In this document: positions 27,745-37,315 of the stretch, one piece after another
Layout of the letters: every line of letters starts with the position of its first letter
How positions within the stretch are numbered: the stretch's first letter is position 1
Assembly: GCA_902168085.1 (NCBI GenBank)
Contig: CABHOP010000078.1
Span: 33-64,032, forward strand
Reading direction: 5' to 3'
From: an uncultured Bacteroides sp.
GTDB lineage: Bacteria > Bacteroidota > Bacteroidia > Chitinophagales > Chitinophagaceae
DNA length: 64,000 nucleotides
The notes under the pieces: model-generated
Told to the model about the DNA's origin: nothing
Seen by the model: the letters and a program-made list of their open reading frames with translations, nothing else
Databases searched by the model: none
Made by a program: the position numbers and the translations under genes

Positions 27745-28239
27745 CTATTGCTGCGTAAGGGTATAAAGAATGCCAATGTTATATATACCCCCGTTATATT
27801 CAAAGCCGGGAGAAAGGCTCATGTCTATATCAAAAGTATTACCGCTGGTACCGGCATTACCCCGGCTACCCGTTTTCAATGTAACACCACCTGTAGAAAG
27901 GCTTACAAAGCTCGATGAGCCGTTTCTGCGTATGCCCACTACGCTCGCCGGCATGTTTGTGCTCGCACCCGTTGTCATAGGCTGGAAATAAGCGCTTTGC
28001 GCGGAAACACTTACCTGCCAGCTTACATTACTCTTAATGGCAATGGTAGCAGAATTATTAATGGTTTGCCCGCTGAAATAGTCATTGGGAGTATTAAATG
28101 ATACCACCCCACTCAGGTTGGTAATGTTCAGGTTCAGCACCGAATAGATATCTACATTGCCCGATGTGCTGGAACTGAAACTCTGCCCGTGAACGGTGCA
28201 GGAAAACAACAACAGCCATATGATGATCCAACTTCTCAT
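27745..28239 (-). CDS. Secreted pilin-like subunit (paralogue 1)
   Basis: Signal peptide (VHG|Q); SFNT..Y..G, KSN..W.VSV.A, MP; C-terminal PGFEYNGGIYNIGILYTLTQQ shared with its neighbours. Confidence 0.55.
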   Translation of the reverse strand: MRSWIIIWLLLFSCTVHGQSFSSSTSGNVDIYSVLNLNITNLSGVVSFNTPNDYFSGQTINNSATIAIKSNVSWQVSVSAQSAYFQPMTTGASTNMPASVVGIRRNGSSSFVSLSTGGVTLKTGSRGNAGTSGNTFDIDMSLSPGFEYNGGIYNIGILYTLTQQ

Positions 28240-28709
28240 GGCCTTGTCATAGTAAACAGTATAGTGAAATTATAATGTCCCGGCGGGTATGCATAGCCCG
28301 GTGCTTTCAGTATCAGGTTATAGTTAAAACTATAGGTTTTATTCGTCTTCGACTGTGTAAAGAGGCGCTGATCGCTGGATGTAAGGGTGAGCGCAGAGGT
28401 TACTAAATTACCCGCATTGGGCGAATTATCAGATGTCCAGTCGAGCTGTATGGGATAGGTGCCGGTAACAAAACCACTGGGGCCTAAAAAAGAAGACATA
28501 CGGGCGTATATGGAGCAGTTACTGCTCTTGGTCCTCACTATCAATGTTATAGCCCCCGCTATGGTTTGGTCGTTCTCCAGGTCTGCAGGGTCGCTGCAGG
28601 TAAAATTGAGGCCGGTATTGGTGTAAAGTTGCAAATTATTGGTAGCATTCTGTGCTGTTGCACAGAATGGCAGATACCATAACAAAACCAGCAGGGTTAT
28701 AATTCGCAT
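28236..28709 (-). CDS. Secreted pilin-like subunit (paralogue 2)
   Basis: Start at MRIITLL (28709), signal peptide (ATA|Q), C-terminal PGYAYPPGHYNFTILFTMTRP; 4-bp overlap with paralogue 1. Confidence 0.55.
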   Translation of the reverse strand: MRIITLLVLLWYLPFCATAQNATNNLQLYTNTGLNFTCSDPADLENDQTIAGAITLIVRTKSSNCSIYARMSSFLGPSGFVTGTYPIQLDWTSDNSPNAGNLVTSALTLTSSDQRLFTQSKTNKTYSFNYNLILKAPGYAYPPGHYNFTILFTMTRP

Positions 28710-28785
28710 GCAGCAGGAATAATTCGCAGAGGTATTTTGATATTGTTGGTAAAAATAGTTGTTTTGTGTATCATTTAAAACAAAT

Positions 28786-29592
28786 ATGAAGCGTACTTGC
28801 TTACCCCTTTTTTTCTCAGCATTATTCATCTGTCTTTCTTTTTTTGCTAAAGCACAAAATGTAGGCGCTTACCCCACTACATTAGATTTTCGCCTTGGCG
28901 GTGGCCTTAGCGAAAGCCAGGTGATCAACATTTCCAACACATCGGGTAAAAAAGTGCAATTCAAGTTGTACCTCAACGATTGGGTACGCGACAGTATGGG
29001 TGGCCATATTTATTACCGCGCTGATACGCTCAGTCGCTCCTGCGCCAAATGGGTGGCCCTTAGCGATAATTTCGTAGAACTTGAATCCGGCCAGGTGAAG
29101 CAAGTGACGGTAAAGCTTTCTATGCCGGCCGATGCTGAAGCTACCAAAGAAATGAAATGGGCGATGCTTTTCATAGAAACGGTGAAGGAAGCGAATGCTA
29201 CAAATGACAAAACAACACAGGCCAGTGTAAACAACCTGCTGCGTATAGGAGTGCATATATACCAAACGCCGCCTGCACTTACTAATAAAGAAGTAAAGGT
29301 TTATGACCTGAAGCCTTCTCCCGAAGGGCTGAATATTTACAACCTGATTTGCCAGAACACGGGCGATGTAATGCTGGAATGCAAATCGTACCTGGAACTG
29401 GCAGCTATCAGCGATGGCAGCAAAACCAAGTTAGACCCGATAGAGTTTCCCATGTTCCCCGGCCAAAAGCGATATGTGAGTTTTGAGCTGCCCAAAAACA
29501 TGGCCAAAGGAAAATACTCGGTGCTGGGCGTAGTAGATGGTGGCGAAGATATGTCGCTGGAAGCCATTGAAAGCCAGCTGGAAGTGAAATAA
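28786..29592 (+). CDS. Putative periplasmic pilus chaperone (PapD/EcpB- or DUF916-like)
   Basis: Signal peptide (AKA|Q); YPTTLDF, INISNT, LYLNDW, SCAKWV, KWAMLFIE, RIGVHIYQTP, NTGDV, FPMFPGQKR and GKYSVLGVVDGG suggest two Ig-like domains. Confidence 0.6.
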   Translation: MKRTCLPLFFSALFICLSFFAKAQNVGAYPTTLDFRLGGGLSESQVINISNTSGKKVQFKLYLNDWVRDSMGGHIYYRADTLSRSCAKWVALSDNFVELESGQVKQVTVKLSMPADAEATKEMKWAMLFIETVKEANATNDKTTQASVNNLLRIGVHIYQTPPALTNKEVKVYDLKPSPEGLNIYNLICQNTGDVMLECKSYLELAAISDGSKTKLDPIEFPMFPGQKRYVSFELPKNMAKGKYSVLGVVDGGEDMSLEAIESQLEVK

Positions 29593-29748
29593 CACCTTAC
29601 AACCGCAGGTTAATTTTCTATTACATCATTAACAACTCGTTTGCAAATGTTAATCAGTTGTTATACATTCGTATCATAATACGATGCAATTGTGTATCGG
29701 CTAAGGAAGAGAGTTTTTATATAGAGAAATAATTAACCTGGCAAGGTT

Positions 29749-30279
29749 ATGAAGAAGAGGATCCTTACCATTATTGTTTTACTTATGGCTTTTGCAGTCC
29801 GTACCCTGGCAGAATCGGGTACCGCACAGCAATCCATACTATTGAATTTACTACCCATTATAGAAATTGCCAACGTATCCGGCAATACCATCAGCCTTTC
29901 TTTCAATACGATATCTCAATACGAAAACGGGCTTAATACCGGCAAACAGGTATTTAAAGTACGTTCCAACAGGGGCTTTATGGTTTCTGTAAGCGCCGAT
30001 GCCCCTACTTTCTCTTATAGCGGCATCGGCACTTCTGAAAAAGCAATGCCTGTTGATAACACATTATTTCTGTCGCTGGTAGAAAACAGTACGAAGGGCG
30101 AAATAGCTAATGGCGTCCATACGGATATGCCCCTATCTGCTACCGCAAAAGATATACTTGTAAACTGTGGCCGCGGCGATGAACAAAGCTTTGCAGTGAA
30201 CTATAAGGCAAAACCAGATCTTACATACCCTGCCGGCAACTACCAGGTAGGCATTATATATACGGCTACACAACCATAG
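29749..30279 (+). CDS. Secreted pilin-like subunit (paralogue 3, likely major)
   Basis: Signal peptide, QQSILLNLLPIIEI N-terminal strand, C-terminal PDLTYPAGNYQVGIIYTATQP; has its own terminator. Confidence 0.58.
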   Translation: MKKRILTIIVLLMAFAVRTLAESGTAQQSILLNLLPIIEIANVSGNTISLSFNTISQYENGLNTGKQVFKVRSNRGFMVSVSADAPTFSYSGIGTSEKAMPVDNTLFLSLVENSTKGEIANGVHTDMPLSATAKDILVNCGRGDEQSFAVNYKAKPDLTYPAGNYQVGIIYTATQP

Positions 30280-30303
30280 CCCCCCTAACCCCATGAAAAC
30301 TAC

Positions 30304-30330
30304 AGCCACACATTCTTGTGTGGCTTTTTT
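30304..30330 (+). terminator. Intrinsic terminator
   Basis: AGCCACACA-TTCT-TGTGTGGCTTTTTT. Confidence 0.78.
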
Positions 30331-30390
30331 GTTTATGTTCTAAAATGGATTGGCTATTCTCCTCTTTACTGTGGCATAGATTTTTAAACA

Positions 30391-30822
30391 ATGCGGCAAA
30401 CTGCTTTTATGAGGTGTTCTGTATTTATTTTGGGTATTTCTATGCTCTTAGCTGCATCTTCTTGTAGAAGCAGCAAAAAAAGGAACAATCCCTGCAGGTC
30501 GAATGTGATATGCACCGAAATGTTTGCAATGGTAACTATAAACATTAAAGACACCACCGGTGAGGGTGTGAAACTGGATAGCGCTTATACCATAAGGAAG
30601 AGTACTAATGAAAAGATACACCATGAACAAACCACGTTTATAGATGGTTCCTACATTGTGCTGGATGACAACTATCACAAAAAATTCGTGAACACAAACG
30701 ACAGCTTCTACTTTTACGGATTTTTAAATGGCACGCAGGTAGTCAATGAAGGCTACCTGATAACCAGCGACTGCTGCCACATCCGGAAGACAGGCGGCAA
30801 TACAGATGTTACACTCAAATAA
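30391..30822 (+). CDS. Hypothetical lipoprotein
   Basis: Lipobox LAASSC; paired Cys (CRSNVICT, SDCCH). Confidence 0.7.
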   Translation: MRQTAFMRCSVFILGISMLLAASSCRSSKKRNNPCRSNVICTEMFAMVTINIKDTTGEGVKLDSAYTIRKSTNEKIHHEQTTFIDGSYIVLDDNYHKKFVNTNDSFYFYGFLNGTQVVNEGYLITSDCCHIRKTGGNTDVTLK

Positions 30823-30823
30823 T

Positions 30824-31585
30824 TTACAATCGCGACAGTGTAGATGTACAAGTATCATTTACCGTAGCACCCCCCACCCTATATGAAATGATGATCGTAT
30901 TGTCATCAAAAGTACCGTTACCGCTAAACGTCACACCATTAATAGACTGTGCAGGAATTACAAGTGTATTATCGGCCGGGTTCAGGTTAGCGTAAATTAT
31001 ATTGCTCCATACGCCACTCCACAGGCCTTTAAAGTTCACGCGGTTCTGGGTTGTCTGGTCTTTCTCTACATCTACGGTATCGCCTACATTCCCCCCTTGT
31101 GTGCAAGCGGCCTGCTCCCTGAATAAACCTATCAAGCCATCAGCCGCATTGCTGTATGGAAGCACAGTAAGTGTCATAGTAGAATCGGTAAAGCCACTAC
31201 TCTGGCTAGACCCGCGCACTATTACATCATAGGTGCCTGCTTTTACACGTGTACATTTTATAGTCAGCATGGTATTGAATGAGGGCTTGCCTATCGTAAT
31301 GGGCGTAAAGGTAGCTGTAGCGCCTGCCGGTAAGTTCCTCACCGCCATCATAATATCTTCTATTTTGCCGGATGTCCTTTCTATAGATAGTTGCATGGTA
31401 CCTTCCCCTATGCGCTCCATGGTCAGGTCTTTCACGCCATTGATTTTATACTTCAGGTCGCCGTAGTTATTGCCATAGTCAGGTGTTGGGGTTTCTGTTT
31501 TACTGCCGCAACTGCCTATCAATGCTGCCATAGCTATAGCCGCAACGGACACACATTTCCTGCCTATGCTTTGAAACTTTACCAT
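30824..31585 (-). CDS. Hypothetical lipoprotein
   Basis: Lipobox LIGSC, then an Ig-like and beta-rich region. Confidence 0.7.
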   Translation of the reverse strand: MVKFQSIGRKCVSVAAIAMAALIGSCGSKTETPTPDYGNNYGDLKYKINGVKDLTMERIGEGTMQLSIERTSGKIEDIMMAVRNLPAGATATFTPITIGKPSFNTMLTIKCTRVKAGTYDVIVRGSSQSSGFTDSTMTLTVLPYSNAADGLIGLFREQAACTQGGNVGDTVDVEKDQTTQNRVNFKGLWSGVWSNIIYANLNPADNTLVIPAQSINGVTFSGNGTFDDNTIIISYRVGGATVNDTCTSTLSRL

Positions 31586-31711
31586 TTTACTAAGATAAGG
31601 AATGTTGGGTTACGTTTATAATTATTGTCTCCCGGCTAATATGCACAACTTGTTGATAGATTTACAGTTCAAAAAATAAGTAAAAAAACTATTTTAGAGA
31701 AAATTTACACT

Positions 31712-32050
31712 ATGGACACCCAAAAAGTTGACATGTACATCATGGCTAACAGCAAATACTTTGAAAGCCATCAGATTGCCATCATCCGCGATATGCTATT
31801 AAAGGCCGATGAATCCCGCTGGATGAATATACAGGCACTGGACCTGAAAGACCCCATTACCATGCTTATCATTTCTCTTCTCGGTGGCCAGTTAGGTATC
31901 GACCGTTTTGTACTGGGCGAAACCGGTCTCGGCCTTGCCAAGCTGCTCACCTGCGGTGGCCTTGGTATCTGGGCTATTGTTGACTGGTTCCTGATTATGG
32001 GCCGTGCAAAGGAAATAAATATGCAGAAACTGCAAATGGCGCTGTACTAA
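31712..32050 (+). CDS. TM2 domain-containing protein
   Basis: LKDP...LLGGQLGIDRFVLGETGLGLAKLLTCGGLGIWAIVDWFLI. Confidence 0.92.
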   Translation: MDTQKVDMYIMANSKYFESHQIAIIRDMLLKADESRWMNIQALDLKDPITMLIISLLGGQLGIDRFVLGETGLGLAKLLTCGGLGIWAIVDWFLIMGRAKEINMQKLQMALY

Positions 32051-32061
32051 TGCCGTAACAG

Positions 32062-32472
32062 ATGAAGCCGTCAGAAACCATACGTTTTTATGCATCGACA
32101 GGCTTACTGTGGATGGGCTCTTGTGCATGGTTGGCTTACAACTTATACAATAGCTCATCTGCTTCCATCTGCTTATTTAAAAATATAACTTCACTGCCCT
32201 GCCCCGCCTGTGGCACTACCCGTTCGGCAGTCAGTATTATGCAGGGCCATTTACTCCATGCTGTTTATATCAATCCATTAGGGTTTCTGGCCATTATATT
32301 ACTGTTAGCCGTACCCATATGGCTGGTTACAGATATGGTACGCCACAAGCAAACATTACATCATACCTACAAAGCTTTTGATGGTTTCTTTAGGAAGCAC
32401 CCGGCTATTATCATAATAGTGTTGGCGGCATTAAGCTTCAACTGGCTTTGGAATATCGCAAAACATTTATAA
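32062..32472 (+). CDS. DUF2752 domain membrane protein
   Basis: CLFKNITSLPCPACGTTRS...A...NPLG. Confidence 0.9.
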   Translation: MKPSETIRFYASTGLLWMGSCAWLAYNLYNSSSASICLFKNITSLPCPACGTTRSAVSIMQGHLLHAVYINPLGFLAIILLLAVPIWLVTDMVRHKQTLHHTYKAFDGFFRKHPAIIIIVLAALSFNWLWNIAKHL

Positions 32473-32480
32473 CCCTTGCC

Positions 32481-32921
32481 ATGCTCAATTACAAACCCCT
32501 GGAACACGAAAAGGAAAAAGCATCCAATGGATACCTGATGTCGGTAATGGCCGTAATGGCAGGCTTGCCGCTACCTATCGTCAATCTGTTAGCCACATTT
32601 CTTTTCTTCATCCTTAACCGTCGTGCTACACCTTTTGTTAAATGGCATTGCACGCAGGCGCTTGTTTCGCAGCTCACTATTTTCATTATGAACAGTGCAG
32701 CCCTCACATGGACCATCAAAGCCTTTACCGGCAGCACACCGTTTACCGATAAATACTTTGCCTATATTATAGTAGTTCTTGTTTTTAATGTAGCCGAAGT
32801 CGTTGTCAATATTTCTGCAGCCATACGTGTTCGCAAGGGTGCTACCGTACGCTGGTGGTTTTGGGCAGCCCTTGCCGATATGTTGGTTCGCAAACCTGCC
32901 TCACCTTATCACGCACAATAG
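32481..32921 (+). CDS. DUF4870-like membrane protein
   Basis: EHEKEKASNGYLMS...LPLPIVNLLAT...FVKWHCTQAL. Confidence 0.75.
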   Translation: MLNYKPLEHEKEKASNGYLMSVMAVMAGLPLPIVNLLATFLFFILNRRATPFVKWHCTQALVSQLTIFIMNSAALTWTIKAFTGSTPFTDKYFAYIIVVLVFNVAEVVVNISAAIRVRKGATVRWWFWAALADMLVRKPASPYHAQ

Positions 32922-32923
32922 TT

Positions 32924-33706
32924 ATGAAAAAACTGCTATTCCAATTCACTATACTTGCTGTGGTATTTGCAGGCGCATGGTATGCACTAAGCCAGTTGCC
33001 CTGGTCTAAATGGCTGCATGCTTCCAGCTTTAATAAGAAACGCCAGGAAAAACTGGGCGAGCTTTTTATCAAAACCCATCGGCTCGATAAAAAAGAAATA
33101 ACGAATGACAGCGTAGTATATATTATCAATAGCCTTAAAAACAACATTTGTATGGCTAACCATATAGACACTGGCAATATTAAAGTGTATGTGTTTCGAG
33201 ACGAGCAAGTAAATGCGTTTGCATTGCCCGGTGGCAGCATCGTTGTCAATTCAGCACTCATTAGCTTCTGCGATAGCCCCGATATGCTGGCCGGTGTTAT
33301 AGCGCACGAAATAGGGCACATTCAAAATGGCCACATCAGCAAACGCATGGCTAAAGAAGTAGGCTTGAGTATCCTCATGATGTTTGGTGGCGAGAATATG
33401 GGCTTGCTGAAAGAACTGTTGCGTTCTGTTACATCCGGCAAATTCGACAGATCACAGGAAAGCGAGGCCGACCAAAGTGCTGTTTATTATCTGGACAAAA
33501 CCAATATCAATCCTGCGCCTCTGGCTGATTTTTTTGAGAAAATGGGCAAAACATATGGCAACATGCCCGGCATGCTGGAATGGGTAAATACACACCCCAA
33601 TGCTAAAGAACGCACCAGCATGGTAAGGAAACTGGCTAAGAAAAAAACATACCGCACTGCACTGCCTGTTGGCGAATGGGCATACCTGCACAGTTACAAT
33701 TACTAA
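32924..33706 (+). CDS. M48 family metallopeptidase
   Basis: VNAFALPGG, AHEIGH, SQESEAD and THP; N-terminal anchor. Start at MKKLLFQ. Confidence 0.9.
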   Translation: MKKLLFQFTILAVVFAGAWYALSQLPWSKWLHASSFNKKRQEKLGELFIKTHRLDKKEITNDSVVYIINSLKNNICMANHIDTGNIKVYVFRDEQVNAFALPGGSIVVNSALISFCDSPDMLAGVIAHEIGHIQNGHISKRMAKEVGLSILMMFGGENMGLLKELLRSVTSGKFDRSQESEADQSAVYYLDKTNINPAPLADFFEKMGKTYGNMPGMLEWVNTHPNAKERTSMVRKLAKKKTYRTALPVGEWAYLHSYNY

Positions 33707-36162
33707 TTATACTCTTCTACCTTTTTGCCCGATGGGAAATACCGAAAACGGTAAACGATAGAACACATGTAATAACTGCCTACCCTATTCACGCTGCGGT
33801 CTTCAAAATAATTATCGCCTACCACACGTTGCACATTCGGGTAGTTATTAAATATATCGTAGGCCTGCAGCCTTACAGAAAAGCCACGCGGCTTATCAAA
33901 AGATTTATCCAGCATGGCATTCACCAGCAGGAAATCTTTATCCAACCCGGCCGATAAGCCATCGTTCAGCACATAGTTAATGTAATAAGTAAACTTAAAA
34001 TTGAGCGGAAGCGTAATAGTACCGGTACTACTCACATTATGCGTCTGCAATATATTGGTGGCAGTGGCAGGGTTCTCAACACCATTCATACGGTAGCTAT
34101 AGCTTAGGTCGCCCTCATACCACTTATCCGATAAGTACACCATCCGCACGGAAGGCTGCAGGTTATAGTTGCCGATACTTAATTGCTGCCCGTTGGTTAT
34201 CGTTATGTTGTTTGAGTAGCCACCATTCAAAGAAAATGTCGTTTTCAAAGCTCTCGCAAAAAGCGGTATGGTATAATTACCATTGACATTTACACTATAG
34301 TTACCATTAGCATTTACAGGCGTCGTTATCCTGCGCGATGCGTTGATGTCCGATTTATTAATGATCTTCTGATCGGTACGGCTGTAGCGTATCGATACCC
34401 AGGCCATGCGCTGGCTTTTTATATCGTAATAGTTGTACGATGCCGCGATATTATGATTTATCTCCGGCCGCAAAGACGGGTTGCCTATGTATATATTCAG
34501 GCTATCGGTATAGTCCGGTATAGGCTGCAGTTGTGTCAATTCCGGCGAGCGTATGCTGCCGTTATAATTCAGGTTATAGGTATTGTTCTTAGGTGTAGTA
34601 TACCGCGCAGAAAGATTGGGGAAGTAATTGATACCCTTTTGCTCCACCACATTCTTTGTTGTGCCCGATAGTTCGCTATACCTCTTATACGGGCGTGCAT
34701 CCAGCCCTGCACTGGCTGTTATCCGCTCTGCACTGTACTGGTAAGTAAGCCCCACAGGGTTTTCCATATTACGGTTCACATAACCCCGGCTCTGGTTGGT
34801 GTCTTTTACCAGCTCACCATTATTATTCTGGTTCACCAGCTTGTCGCTGGTACTATTGGCATACACATTATTATATGCCAGCGATAGCAAATGTCGTTTG
34901 CCCAATGGCTCTGTATACCTCAGGTTTACATTCGTGCTGGTATTCTCTTTATTTTCTTCGGTTACAAAGGCATTATAATTGGTACCGGGCGGTGTATAAT
35001 ACTGGTTGATGTTATCATTATTGCCATGCAGCTTATCCTTTCCGTAGTTGATGCTGGCCCCTATAGATACCGTTCTGCCTTCTTTCCTAAATCTTTTACG
35101 ATAGGTATCAGACAAGGTAAAGCCGTATGCATCTGTATTCGCTTTATTATCGGCCTGGCGCTTAAAGTTGATAGCATCTTCCTGCTGGTAAGCCGTCATA
35201 TCATTACTGGCATTGCCCGTGTTTGCTGTGCGGTAATAAGCGCTGCCGTCCAGTTGCATCTGGTTCTTTTCATTTAGCTGGTAGCTGCTGCGCAGGTTCA
35301 GCCTGTGCTGGCGGGTATGGCTGTTCTGGTTGGTGGTTTGCCTGCGCAGCAAGGTGCTATCGCCTTGCAGGTAGGTAGTGCGGAATAAAGACTGCTGCAG
35401 CGAGTTATCACTGTTCGATACATCGTAGCTCCCATTCAGCCGAAACGCTTTAGTACGTTCATAGCCAAAGTTGATATGCCCGCTCTGCTTGGTATTTACC
35501 CCGTTCTGGGGCCGGCTGGCTGCCCTGGCATTGTCACCGCTGTTACGGTCCACATCACTGAGGCCGGTGTTGTTCGCATTACCAATACCGGTTATCCGTA
35601 TCGAGTCTGTTATATAATTCGCAAACACGCCACCCTGGTAACGGTCTTTAGTGCCATACCCTGCAGCCGCACGGCCATATACACCGCCCTTATACTTCTT
35701 TTTGAATTGCAGGTTGATGATTTTCTTGTCCGTATTGGGCTTTACCCCGCTAAACTGGGCATCCTCATCATAATAATCGGCCACCTGTATCTTTTCCAGC
35801 ACCTCAGCGGGCAGGTTTTGGGTAATGGTACGCAGGTCGTCCGATGTATATTCTTTACCATTGATGTATATCTTGGTTATTTCCTTGCCCTGTACTGTAA
35901 TCTTCCCATCACTACCTACTTCCACACCCGGCAGGCGTTTCAGCACATCTTCTGTAGTAGCCATAGGGTTCTTGTAAAAAGAATCTACCGTATAGCTCAC
36001 AGTATCTTTGCTGATTTTTATTTTGGTACGGGCTTTAATGATTACCTCGCCTATGTTCATCGTATCCCTCAGGCGCGACTTTGCAGAGTCTGCATTTTGT
36101 GCAAACACAGCATCAGCAAAACCCAGCAATAAACAAAAAAGGACGACAAGCCGTTTCCACAT
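33703..36162 (-). CDS. Outer-membrane beta-barrel protein with plug-like N-terminus (TonB-receptor-like)
   Basis: DTVSYTVDSF...EDVLKRLPGVEV..DGKITVQGKEITKIYINGKE; barrel repeats; GNPSLRPE. Confidence 0.85.
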   Translation of the reverse strand: MWKRLVVLFCLLLGFADAVFAQNADSAKSRLRDTMNIGEVIIKARTKIKISKDTVSYTVDSFYKNPMATTEDVLKRLPGVEVGSDGKITVQGKEITKIYINGKEYTSDDLRTITQNLPAEVLEKIQVADYYDEDAQFSGVKPNTDKKIINLQFKKKYKGGVYGRAAAGYGTKDRYQGGVFANYITDSIRITGIGNANNTGLSDVDRNSGDNARAASRPQNGVNTKQSGHINFGYERTKAFRLNGSYDVSNSDNSLQQSLFRTTYLQGDSTLLRRQTTNQNSHTRQHRLNLRSSYQLNEKNQMQLDGSAYYRTANTGNASNDMTAYQQEDAINFKRQADNKANTDAYGFTLSDTYRKRFRKEGRTVSIGASINYGKDKLHGNNDNINQYYTPPGTNYNAFVTEENKENTSTNVNLRYTEPLGKRHLLSLAYNNVYANSTSDKLVNQNNNGELVKDTNQSRGYVNRNMENPVGLTYQYSAERITASAGLDARPYKRYSELSGTTKNVVEQKGINYFPNLSARYTTPKNNTYNLNYNGSIRSPELTQLQPIPDYTDSLNIYIGNPSLRPEINHNIAASYNYYDIKSQRMAWVSIRYSRTDQKIINKSDINASRRITTPVNANGNYSVNVNGNYTIPLFARALKTTFSLNGGYSNNITITNGQQLSIGNYNLQPSVRMVYLSDKWYEGDLSYSYRMNGVENPATATNILQTHNVSSTGTITLPLNFKFTYYINYVLNDGLSAGLDKDFLLVNAMLDKSFDKPRGFSVRLQAYDIFNNYPNVQRVVGDNYFEDRSVNRVGSYYMCSIVYRFRYFPSGKKVEEYN

Positions 36163-36322
36163 GGTGATAGCAATACAAATAATAACAGCTATCTAAGATA
36201 GAAAATGAATTGATTATATACTGCAATAATGCCGACTATAAAATTTGGTGCATTATAACCAGCCAGCACAGTCTGATAACACTTTCATTTGCATATGAAA
36301 TGTATGCTGTATATTTTACAGC

Positions 36323-37162
36323 ATGCAAACACAGCAAGCTGCACATACCTGCAAAAACTGCGGAAATATATTTACCGGCACATATTGCAACCAATGTGGC
36401 GAAAAACACTATACCGACCATGATAAATCGATAAAGCATATACTGGAGGAAGCTGTACACTTTCTCACCCATTTTGAAGGCAAGCTTTTCACATCGCTGA
36501 AAACAATAGTTACCATGCCCGGTAAAATAAGCCTTGATTATTGCCATGGCATCCGGAAGAAATATTTTCCACCTACTTCCCTTTACCTTATTTTCATAGT
36601 CATCCTGCTGGCTTTCCCTACAGGCAAGGGATTAGATCATTATCCCAATGCTCAGGATAAGTCCACTATTACCCCCTATGCCAATAAGGTGATGCAAGCC
36701 AAAATGGAACAAACCGGACAAACCCGCGAACACCTGGGAGAAACCTACTACCACAAAGCAGGAAAATTGTCTAAAATACTACTGCTGCTATTGCTACCGG
36801 TGAATGCGCTAGTGCTTCTGATATTATATAAAGACGTAAAACGTCCGTTTTTCGATCATTTTATTATAGCTACCGAAATAGCCACCGTTATCCTGGTCGT
36901 CTTTTACTACATCACCCCGTTGCTGCAAATCCTAGCCATGGCTATCGGCACAAAGAAAGATAGTGTTATGGGTGTTATAATAGGCAGTCTGCTATATCAT
37001 GTACCCATCTTCACATTCAACTACCTGGCATTCAGGCGGTTTTATAAGGTATCTGCTACGCAAAATGCAGCCCGTACTGTTTTCTATTATTTAACCAGTA
37101 CTATTATTATGCTATTCTTATATCAGTTCCTGCTTATTACTATAGTAATGTGGCTTTTATAA
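36323..37162 (+). CDS. DUF3667 domain membrane protein
   Basis: CKNCG...YCNQCGEK, EGKLFTSLK...PGK...Y..G.RKKY.PP, then TM helices. Confidence 0.88.
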   Translation: MQTQQAAHTCKNCGNIFTGTYCNQCGEKHYTDHDKSIKHILEEAVHFLTHFEGKLFTSLKTIVTMPGKISLDYCHGIRKKYFPPTSLYLIFIVILLAFPTGKGLDHYPNAQDKSTITPYANKVMQAKMEQTGQTREHLGETYYHKAGKLSKILLLLLLPVNALVLLILYKDVKRPFFDHFIIATEIATVILVVFYYITPLLQILAMAIGTKKDSVMGVIIGSLLYHVPIFTFNYLAFRRFYKVSATQNAARTVFYYLTSTIIMLFLYQFLLITIVMWLL

Positions 37163-37210
37163 CGCATTAAATTTTCTTTGACTTTTTGTTCATTTAATTA
37201 CATTTTTCCT

Positions 37211-37302
37211 TACCTTTGCACTCCAATTCTCATATTGCTCTTATTAAGGTTGCATTTGGGAGAATAGGCCGGAGCTAATACTCTGGTAATTCGTTAAAAC
37301 CA
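37211..37302 (+). promoter_or_regulatory. rplK promoter (-7 TACCTTTG) and candidate L1-binding leader
   Basis: TAnnTTTG at 37211-37218. TGGGAG-GAAT...CCGGAG/CTCTGG...ATTC-GTTAAAACCA at 37257-37302 forms an asymmetric internal loop just before rplK. Confidence 0.55.
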
Positions 37303-37315
37303 AAAAGATTAAAAA

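Noticed and set aside
35476-36132. 218-aa plus ORF
   Set aside because: Shadow of the outer-membrane barrel gene.
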